Assembly: GCA_951406725.2 (NCBI GenBank)
Contig: OX597819.1
Location: forward strand, 72,416,001 to 72,480,000
From: Octopus vulgaris
Lineage: Eukaryota
Length of the DNA stretch: 64,000 nt
Direction of reading: 5' to 3'
Numbering within the stretch: position 1 is the first letter of the stretch; every line of letters begins with the position of its first letter. A program made the position numbers and the translations under genes. Shown piece after piece: positions 54,330 to 64,000 of this stretch. Under the pieces are notes generated by a model that was not told the origin of the DNA, did no database searches, and was given only the letters and a program-made list of their open reading frames with translations.

Positions 54330-54640
54330 TATATATATTATATAAAATCGTTCTGTCTGTCTGTGTATGTGTCTTCTAAGATCTCGGGCATCCTCAATCC
54401 AATTGTGCTCAAATTTGATATGCAGATACCGATAGTATCTGGGCGGGTATAAGTCTTGAAAAAGTTACAAAAATCGATTCCAGGTGAGAATGTGATCGAT
54501 AAAGCCGTGGAAACGTGCATTTGTACGCGCAAGTACATCAGCTGTTGCGAGCGATACAACGCGTACGCGAGGAAAATGCACGTGCAATTTGCGCAAAAAA
54601 AGCCGACTGGCTTTAAATAATGCCACAAAATGCAGTATAT
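54330..54640 (+). mobile_element. Helitron-like non-autonomous element, 5' portion
   Basis: TATATAAAATCG...(CTGT)n...AATCCAATTGTGCTCAAATTTG layout is typical of Helitron/Helentron-associated elements. Confidence 0.4.
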
Positions 54641-56488
54641 TTAAGAGACCAAAAACTGGCGTTAGCGTCCATTGTTAAGGGGGGAGGGGCAAAAGTCTAT
54701 CTTTATTTCTTCTTTTGCTGGTGTCTCAAATTTAGGTTAAATCAGTGTTTCTCAAAGGGGAGGCCTATGGGACGGTCGGACAAGTTGTTTTGAGAAAATT
54801 TGGTTTAAATGTTTGACAACTCAGCACCGTCCATTGGCCGGGGGGGGTGTTTTGCTCGTATATATATATATATAAAATAAAAATGGAAAATGGAAACAAA
54901 CGCACAAGAAGTTATTTAAATCCTTTATACCACCATATCACCGACATATTTTTCGATTGATACATAAAAGAACTTCCCCAAAAATTCCAGGTACCACTCT
55001 ATTCTCAACGCACATCGTATCAGAATTGGTTTTTCTAATGGCTAAAAATCTCCTATAAATTATCTTCTCGTATAACAACTATACTCTTAACGGTAAAAGG
55101 GTTTCTCTTAATAACTGTCATAACAATAATAGTAATAATGATAGTCACTTCTTAAATAATAATATCAATAGTAATATTACTTGTAACTGTGTTCCGAATA
55201 AAACTTGCGTTCTCAGCGGAAATTGCAAAATTTAAAATGTTGTTTATCAATGTAAAGTTTTTTCAGGAACTAAAGAATATTTTTATGTTGGTTTTTCCTC
55301 CACCGAAATTAAAAAACGTATCGCCAATCATCTTTCTACATTTAAATATATTAATAAACGTAATACTACAGGTCTTATTAAACTAATTTGGCATCTCAAA
55401 GACTGTAGTAAACAATTTTCTTTCGACTGGAAAATTTTGTCAAGATCGTTCCTTGATGATAAAGGGAAATCTTTTCGCACTCTTTGTGCGGACGAACAAT
55501 TGTTTATCCTTTTTTCCAAACATACACTGGTCAACACATATAAAGAGCGAATTTACAGGTGTTTAAATTGGAAAAACCATACTTTCAGCTATTTCAAATA
55601 ATATGTGCCCCCTTACCTAATAATATCTGCAACCTTCACTTTATTCTTTTCATCCCATACACCCCATTCTTTCCTTTATCATTTCTATCCATTTGTCATT
55701 CACCTTCTATTTGTTTATCCATCCGTAACTCTTTTAATTCTCTTTCTCTCTTCCTTCTCTTCTTCTCTCGTCCTATGACGTCAAATTTCTTAACGGTATT
55801 TTTAAATTATTAGCATTCCCTATCCACCTTTTGTTTTTCATATATTATATATTATAGTTTCTTACATCTGTAAAAATGGCTTATTAATGAGCACTGTTGT
55901 TTATAACCTCCTCGCTGATGAGATTGATACACTATCCCATATCATTCTTCACCTCGGATTAATTTGAATGTATCGATCGAAACATATGTCAGTGATGTGG
56001 TGATATAAATGCTTTAAATAACATTCTGTACGTTTGTCTCCATTTTCGATTTCTCTTATGTTCCCCAAAACATGTCTCACTTCTCCTCGGTATTATCATC
56101 CATCCATGCAAGTGTGGTTACTAATTTCTTAGGCGCTTATGTGACATTTGGCTACCCTGATAACTATTTCTCTGGATCTTTTCTTGTAAATTATATTTAT
56201 ATATATGAGAACACATGGCCTAGTGGTTAGGTTATTTCACTCACGATCGCGTGATCGCGGTTTCAATACCTAGACCGGGCGGCGCGTTGTGTTCTTGAGC
56301 TCAGCGATCACGTTGATACCTGTCACGTGGTACACAGTGCAGCTGTTCAGACAACGTCGATTTGGTGGAGGAAGTGAGCTGTGTAGCACGAACATTTGAT
56401 CACTCTAAACAAATCATCACTTGTGCAGCTCGTCCGGCAATAGCTGAACGCTCACACGTCCTCTTCGATGGGAGTCCATCATATTATA

Positions 56489-57721
56489 CAGAGTGCGGAC
56501 GGTATTTAGTCATTATTTTATTTGACTAACTTTTATTGAACTTCTATTTCAGTAAATAACAATGTTTACTAATGAAAATAACAATGCTTCCGCGTGAAAT
56601 GAAAAAGCCTGCTGTGATTGTGGCTTTGAAGGCTAAGCATGGTGATTTAAAAAATTTCTGAAAGTTGCAAGATCTTCTGTCCACCAGATTCGGTGTGTTA
56701 GAGAAAGAAGATGGAAGCGTATTACCTGTATCAAAACGTACAAAGCATTCCAAACACTCTGATTTTAGCAACACGCCTGAATTTATTCAGGAAGTTAAGC
56801 AAAACAGTGAAGAGAATCTAGGAAAATCAATGAGGTCAATTGCAAAAACAAATTTCGTGTGTCAGAAAAAAACATTTAGAAATGTTATGCAGGAAGACAT
56901 CAGATACAAATCTTACGTGATGAGAAATAAATTCTTATCAGAAAAAGCAAAAGAAAACCGTTTCATCAGATACAAAAGACTTTCGAAAAACTTTAAAATC
57001 CATCGGAAGATGATGTGATTTGCTTTTTTTTTTTTTTTTTCAGATGGGAAAAACTTTAACCAGGACCAGAAAACTAACAGAAGAAATGACAGATAGCTAA
57101 GTGCAAACCCTTCTGAGGTTCCAAGAGTGATACACACAAAATTTCCTTCAAGTGTTAAAGTTTTGGGTGTTGTCAGCAATGAAGGACATGTGATGCCTCT
57201 TCACTTTTTTCCATGCTGCTGCGTATATTGAGGTTCTGGATAAAGTTATTAAACCTTGGATCAACAGTGTATGCAGTGGGAAGCCTTATGTCTTTCAACA
57301 AGATTCTGCACCATCACACAAGGCTCAAATGACACAATAAAAAAGGATGGGCGACAATTTGCATCACCCCCAACATTTGGCCTCCTAATTCTCCAGATCT
57401 CAATTCACTGGACTACTATGTATGAAACATCGCTGAGAAAAATGTCAATGAACACCACCATAGCACCAAATTTTTTTGAAAGCCGCCATAGTTTGCGTCA
57501 AGTCTGATATGAACAAGGACCACTTAATCCCAGCTTATAAACGATTTTGACCCCGCATGGAGGCAGTTATTGATGCTTATGATGGTTTTATTGAGTGAAA
57601 TTATTAAACTGATTGTTTAGCTCAATGTTTATGTTATTTTTATAAAAATATAGTTTTTTCTGTTATTATATAAGCGCTTTTTTTAACCATAGATCTGTCC
57701 TCAAATACCGTCCGCACCCTA
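56489..57721 (+). mobile_element. Near full-length Tc1/mariner-superfamily transposon (maT/DD37D-like) with disrupted transposase
   Basis: TIRs CAGAGTGCGGACGGTATTT and AAATACCGTCCGCACCCT with TA TSD. Fragments GKSMRSIAK, FFSDGKNFNQDQKTNRRNDR, VLGVVSNEGHVMP, YVFQQDSAPSHKA and WPPNSPDLNSLDY, with frameshifts and stops. Confidence 0.9.
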
Positions 57722-57821
57722 TACATACATACATACATACATACATACATACATACATACATACATACATACATACATACATACATACATACATACATAC
57801 ATACATACATACATACATACA

Positions 57822-57852
<31 letters not shown>

Positions 57853-58834
57853 TATGAGATCGCGTCGCGTCGCCTAACTGAGATTCGAAACCCAATCTAC
57901 ACACTTGTTGCTTGTCAGACGACTGTCTGATTCCTTTGTGTTCTGTCTCCATGCTGGGGGATTAATGCGAAACATCTGACCTCCTATGACCTTTGCTGGT
58001 CACTAAAGTCCTTTGTTTTAGGCTTGACCTACGTCCGGGCCATTCCCTATATAACTAACACCATCTCTCTTTCGCCCTCTTCGGTTGGCAGACCTCCAGG
58101 CTGGACCAATTGGCTTCGCGCACAACATCGGCTGAATGGAAAGGGACAACGCAATCCTCACCCTTTCTTCCTCTTTTTCTTTCAGCTGAGCGCGCAGGTC
58201 ACACGTTCTACCAGCGAGCCATCAAAACGTCAATTAGTACTATGTATATTTAACTAGCAAATGCCGGCAAATAATTGGTGAATATAATTCCTTTCCTCTT
58301 CGATGTTGTTATTATGCTGTTTCATCCTACTTTCGGCTACTTACATATAACGACGCGGAACAAGAATCGTTATTTCTATCTTATAATGATTTTTCTTCTG
58401 TACCACACGATTGGTATCTCCGACGTGAGAACCTTACATCCGTACATTGCATATGGTAACCCTTTACATCACTTAGTAACTCCGATGTACTCACAACTGC
58501 ACCGTTACATTTAATGACCTCCAGCTAAAGAATTGCAGCCTTCACTTGAACAGTCGTCACATTTATCCGCTACATTTTGTGACCCCGTCAAACGAATTAC
58601 TGGTTTCGCTTCACCCTTCGTTATACCCGAAGAAAAAGAACTCCAAAGAATTCCTTGACACTATGGAAGCCTGCAAACGCAACGTTTCTACAGCCATCCA
58701 CTCAAAAACTACCCGTACGCACAACGTTTTCGGCAGCCACAAACTTTTCGCTCGAATCCTGCATTTAACCTGCATGCTACTCGAACTGTCGTACGCCCAG
58801 ACTATTGGACACTAAAACGTTTCTTCACATGCTC

Positions 58835-59232
58835 TCTTTTACTCTCTTTTACTTGTTTCAGTCATTTGACTGTGGCCATGCTGGAGTACCGCCTTTAGTC
58901 GAGCAAATCGACCCCAGGTCTTATTCTTTGTAAGCCTAGTACTTATTCTATCGGTCTCTTTTGCCGAACCGCTAAGTAACGGAGACGTAAACACATCAGC
59001 ATCGGTTGTCAAGCGATGTTGGGGGGATAAACACAGACACACAAACATATACACACAAACATACATATATATACATATCTACGTCGGGCTTCTTTCAGTT
59101 TCCGTCTACCAAATCCACTAACAAGGCTTTGGTCCGCCCGAGGCTATAGTAGAAGAAAGACACTTGCCCAAGGTGCCACGCAGTGGGACAGAACCCGGAA
59201 CCATGTGGTTCGTAAGCAAGCTACTTGCCACA
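58835..59232 (-). mobile_element. Family A CORE-like SINE, CpG-intact, inside the LTR element
   Basis: Near-consensus copy (CACTTGCCCAAGGTGCCACGCAGTGGG). Confidence 0.9.
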
Positions 59233-60485
59233 TATTTTTCTTGCATTTCAATGATAAATTTTTATCATTTCAGAATCGGGGCACTCCTGCCAGTCAATTT
59301 TGTACTACTTTCGTTTTAAAATTTTGCACTGTTTATTACGCTTTCTGTTCTGCATCCATCTTATTTGTTAATAAGTAGCACACTCAATTCCGCGAAAACA
59401 ACTAATCCATGTGCATATGTTTTTAAATGTTCCATATTTTTATAGTTTTTGTCTCTGGCCGCTACGTGTTTTCATGCACACACATACACTTCTTTCGATC
59501 GCATGTTTTTCCCCCTTCGCTACATGTTTGCTCATAAATGACTGCAATGTTTCATACCTGCACCCAGATACGTACACGCACCTCAATTGTGCCTCAACTG
59601 CCTTGTTTCTTCATGTGTATGCCAATTCAGCTTTTTTGCCCTTCAGTAAGACCCCAGGCTGGTCACTATATACATAAGGTTTGCCTGTCTATCTCAACGC
59701 GCCAGCATGTCACTCACCCTTTATCGTCTTGCTTACCCACAGCAAATGTATACGACCACAATGCCAGACACACTAAGTCTCTGCACTTCTTTCAAGCCAC
59801 TTTCACACTACAGGCACACCTCTGCCAAAAATTCTTCACGTGGCTTTTTGGCATGTTGCACATTGTTTCGATTTTTCATTACTGGTACACATGCACTCCA
59901 AGTTCGTTCAATTCTTGTTTTAGAAACCCTCTATGGGGGGAGTAGTATAGGAAATCGCTTAGTCCCCACCTGAGATTCGAAACCCAATCTACACACTTGT
60001 TGCTTGTCAGACGACTGTCTGATTCCTTTGTGTTCTGTCTCCATGCTGGGAGATTAATGCGAAACATCTGACCTCCTAGGACCGTTGCTGGTCACTAAAG
60101 GTGCAGTCCTTTGTTTTAGGCTTGACCTACTTCCGAGCCATTCCCTATATAACTAGCACCATCTCTCTTTCGCCCTCTTCGGTTGGCAGACCTCCAGGCT
60201 GGACCAATTGGCTTCGCGCACAACATCGGCTGAATGGAAAGGGAGAACGCAATCCTCACCCTTTTTTCCTCTTTCTCTCTCAGCTGAACGCACAGCTCAC
60301 ACGCTACCAACTACCAGCGAGCCATCAAAACGTCAATTAGTGCTATGTATATTTAACTAGCAAATGCCGGCAAATAATTGGTGAATATAATTCCTTTCCT
60401 CTTCGATGTTGTTATTATGCTGTTTCATCCTACTACATATAACAACGCGGAACAAGAATCGTTATTTCTATCTTATAATGATTTT

Positions 60486-61260
60486 GCTTGTCATTGCGTT
60501 ACTTATCCCGTCGGTAACGCTTTCACGTAGTTAGAGAAAAAGAAGACAAGGCGAAGACTGAGACAGAAAGAGGGAGAAAGAAAAAGAGGGAGAGAGAAAC
60601 GTTCATGACGTGAGGTAGGGAGAACGTAATATTTATTACGTGGTTAAAAAGTTAATTGGATGTAGTGATATAGAGAGAGTTAGAGATATAATTTTAGCGG
60701 GGGGTGGTGATATTCTGATGGTGAGGCTAAAGAAAAGCAGAGAGGGAGGGGAGAGAGAGAGGAGGAAGGAGGAAGAAAGTGAAGAGGAGAAAGAGATGAT
60801 GGTGGTGGTGGTGGTGGTGATTGGATAGTGATTGATTTTTTCAATTGAACGAAGCTTTTTATATCACCTATCACTTAGCACATGTGCATAAGCGCCATTC
60901 CGTGAAATATTCACGCTTGTTTACGTGACAGATATAAGCAATTTAACTAAAGGTTGTATCATATGTACGGAGTAGTTTTTTATGGTGAAAATGGGAAAAT
61001 AAAAGTGAACATATATTTTATGAGTGCTGTGTATTAAGTCTATAAAATTGTGCATGAAGTATATAAAGTGTATATATAAAGTGCATTAAGTAATCATCGT
61101 ATTCCAATTTCTTTCACTTTTCAATAAGTAGCAAATGAGCGACTATCTTTCCATACAGACACAACACATGATACGCTTTCAGATTTTTGGGATAAAGTTT
61201 ACAGAAATAACCCATTAGGTTTACCATAAATTCCGTGAAATATTCACGGGTCCCGCTAGT
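60486..61260 (+). mobile_element. Helitron-like insertion in the 3' LTR
   Basis: Ends with hairpin CCGTGAA-ATA-TTCACGG (61233-61249) followed by CTAG|T (61256-61260), the canonical Helitron 3' end. LTR similarity resumes at about 61275. Confidence 0.6.
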
Positions 61261-61397
61261 ACCAAATAACCTTTCATCTGTACGATACGATTGGTACCTC
61301 TGCCGCGAGAACCTTACATTAGTACATTGCATATGGTGATCCTTCACAGCTTACCACTACACTTAGTAACTCCGATGTACACTCACATCTGCACGTT

Positions 61398-61453
<56 letters not shown>

Positions 61454-61627
61454 ATGTGTGTGTGTGTGTGCGCGCGTGCGTGTGAACTATTTGGTATACA
61501 ATATGTGTAATCATTTATGTATACATCAGATTTCACTCTGTCAATACTCAGTTTTATTTTTTGTGTGTTCTCTCCCGTTTTCGTTCACTTTAACAGTCTT
61601 ACCCCTTCTCTTCCTTTCGATATATAC

Positions 61628-61667
<40 letters not shown>

Positions 61668-61767
61668 CTTTCCAGGGGTAGAAAAACCTTCCGTTATTTT
61701 TGACAAAGCCGTGGGAAAAGCAGCTCTTCTAGGAGAAAAGATCCTCTGAAATAAAACAGTCAAAATA

Positions 61768-61972
61768 CAGTAATCTCTCGCCATATCGCGGTTCACCTAT
61801 CGCGCACTCTGTGCATCGCGGATTTTTTTGGCTAATATATGTAAATTTATATCGCGGACTCCTCAGTATATGCGGATTTCTGCGGCCGATAGATATTTGT
61901 ATTTTTTTAGATTTTAATTATTTCTCTGGGTGGTTTTGGAACGTAACACCCGCGATAGTCGATGGATTACTG
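61768..61972. mobile_element. pogo/Tigger-like MITE, CpG-intact
   Basis: TA|CAGTAATCTCTCG...CGATGGATTACTG|TA. Confidence 0.85.
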
Positions 61973-62167
61973 TAATCCACATGCAATGCTTGTCACTGGA
62001 ACTGACTGTGTCGAGCGAGAGAGTGGCAAAAGTGTTGTAGGAGCTTTTCTCACTTAGATCCAACGCCATACAGATGTCTCACTGTCCATTCATTTCCTGC
62101 TCCGTTTCGTATTTTATGATGTCCTATGGCGATGGATTGTACACATGCAATGATGAAAATAGATGTT

Positions 62168-62510
62168 AACAAGAGCACTCAGAGAGCGCAAACCTCCGCC
62201 AAGGCAACACCAACGTCCTTTCAACGATTAGCCAGAAATGATTTTTAAAATGAGAATATCTGAAATAAACTCGACTGCCCTCGCAAACGAGAATACTAAA
62301 AATGAATCCGACCTCTCTCAAAAATTAAGTATAAAAAACAGGAAAATAATCCAGAATCCTTGTCCGGTACCGGATCGATCCCAAAATCTAATCAGTTTGT
62401 GCTAGTCGCGAGGCCAAACATCCCTGAAAGTTTCATTCGAATCCATCCAAGGCTTTTTGAAATATCTTGTCCACGGACAGACAGACAGACAAACAAACAA
62501 ATACGATTGT
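62168..62510 (+). mobile_element. Helentron-associated (HINE/DINE-like) element
   Basis: AACAAGAGCACTCAGAGAGCGCAAACCTCCGCCAAGG start, AAAGTTTCAT..AATCCATCC core and terminal (GACA)n(AACA)n. Confidence 0.55.
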
Positions 62511-62679
62511 GGATGTGAGACGACTGTCATCTGACAAGATGGAGCAATCATTATTTGTGAGTCTTATTAGCTTTCCTTCTGGCACGATTTGAAAGTTCAA
62601 CTGAACGTTGACGTCAGATAAAAGTAATTAGAAATTAACTCATCCAGGCCTCTTCACGCTAATACCCAGGATGAGATGG

Positions 62680-62995
62680 TGTGTGGCTTAGTGGTTAGGG
62701 CATTCGGCTCACGATTTTAAGGTCAAGAGTTCGATTCCCGGCAGCGCGTTGTGTCCTTGAGCAAGACACTTTATTTCACGTTGCTCCAGTCCACTCACCT
62801 GACAAAAACGCATTGTACCTGCAATTCAAAGGGGGCCATCCTTGTCACATTTTGTGTCATGCTTAATCTCCCCGAGAACTACGTTAAGGGTACGCGTGTC
62901 TATGGAGGGCTCAGCCGCTTGCACATAAATTTCACGAACAGGCTGTTCCGTCGATCGGATCAACTAGAACACTCATCGTCGCCATCGACGGAGAG
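62680..62995 (+). mobile_element. tRNA-derived SINE
   Basis: TGGCTTAGTGG A box, GAGTTCGATTCCC B box and GTGTCCTTGAGCAAGACACTTTATTTCACG. Confidence 0.8.
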
Positions 62996-63567
62996 TCAGT
63001 TTTTTTTTTCTTTAATTAGTCAGGGTGAACTACGCCAGTGATTAATATTGTGTTCTAATACAGCTCCTACGGCCAATTTACCTGTGGTCTGTGTGTGTGT
63101 GCGCGCGCGTTAAGTAATTCTATCATATATAAGATAACAGTGTTATCAGGCATAGTTATTTGGCTTTTTTTTTTCTTTTATCTAGCTTTGTTTTACGCCG
63201 TATCGTATAACATGTTGTAATGTCACCTAGTTTCAGATATATGCCATCCTGATTCGAGAAAGTGCTATTTACTTGTTTATATAATTTAACTGTAAAAAAT
63301 CATGACACTTAATACTTTCGTGTTTGCCGACAAATGTATTTCACGGAGACAACATTGATTGGCTGATGTTACTGATACCGTTGTAGCCTTGTGGTGAAAG
63401 CGTTGTGTTCACGATCGCCAGTTCGTACGTTCGGTTCCCGGGCCGAGCTGTGCGTTGTGTTCTTGAGCAAAACTCTTCATTTCACGTTGCTCAGCGGGTA
63501 GGAGAGTAACAGGTTTGTTGGCGCATCGGCAGAAATGCTTTTCAATATACCTTCTGACTCATTACTT

Positions 63568-63984
63568 ATTTCTTTATTGCCCACAAGGGGCTAAACATAG
63601 AGGGGACGAACAAGGACGGACAAAGGGATTAAGTCGATTACATCGACCCCAGTGCGTAACTGGTACTTAATTTATCGACCCCGAAAGGATGAAAGGCAAA
63701 GTCGACCACGGCGGAATTTGAACTCAAAACGTAAAAACAGACGAAATACCTATTTCTTTACTACCCACAAGGGGCTAAACACTGAAAGGACAAACAAGGA
63801 CAGACAAACGGATTAAGTCGATTATATCGACCCCAGTGTGTGACTGGTACTTATTTAATCGACCCCCGAAAGGATTAAAGGCAAAGTCGACCTCGGCGGA
63901 ATTTGAACAAAGAACGTAACGGCAGACGAAATACGGCTACGCATTTCGCCCGGCGTGCAAACGTTTCTGCTAGCTTGCTGCATT
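63568..63984 (-). mobile_element. Dimeric Meta-like SINE bounded by one 16-bp TSD
   Basis: Two consecutive copies of CCCACAAGGGGCTAAACA...GTCGACC(A/T)CGGCGGAATTTGAAC. TSD TTCTGACTCATTACTT at 63552-63567 and 63985-64000. Confidence 0.88.
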
Positions 63985-64000
63985 TTCTGACTCATTACTT

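Larger units (their letters stand above)
57852..61400 (+). mobile_element. Internally deleted Gypsy-like LTR element (5' LTR about 57852-58574, 3' LTR from 59946, interrupted)
   Basis: Direct repeats 57878-58390 and 59970-60485. The 5' LTR ends ...CTACA followed by PBS-like TTTTGTGACCCCGTC. PPT GGGGGGAGTAG lies at 59935-59945. Internal VRPQAGHYIH resembles the integrase-tail TRSGR motif. Confidence 0.65.

Overview
AT-rich, microsatellite- and SINE-dense eukaryotic DNA. The repeat content points to a coleoid cephalopod, most likely Octopus (inference). One protein-coding gene is well supported: the first coding exon of an NHERF-family PDZ scaffold on the minus strand (36236-35813, phase-1 GT donor). 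Its body appears to run toward coordinate 1. Inside it are a 54-bp coding-like tandem repeat (7284-7857; candidate alternative first or cassette exon), candidate microexons and possible recursive splice sites. Repeats in about 1-29.9 kb show heavy CpG to TpG/CpA decay, while sister copies beyond about 30 kb keep their CpGs, as expected for gene-body methylation. The rest is transposon debris: four SINE families, RTE LINE relics, a DD37D/maT transposon, mariner, pogo and piggyBac MITEs, Helitron pieces, foldback elements and a deleted Gypsy-like LTR element. The most notable signal is a set of minimal type-I hammerhead-ribozyme motifs from three repeat families. One sits at the 3' end of a TSD-bounded tRNA-headed SINE (25160-25440). 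No CRISPR array, rRNA or intact tRNA gene was found. All calls were made by eye and repeat boundaries are approximate.
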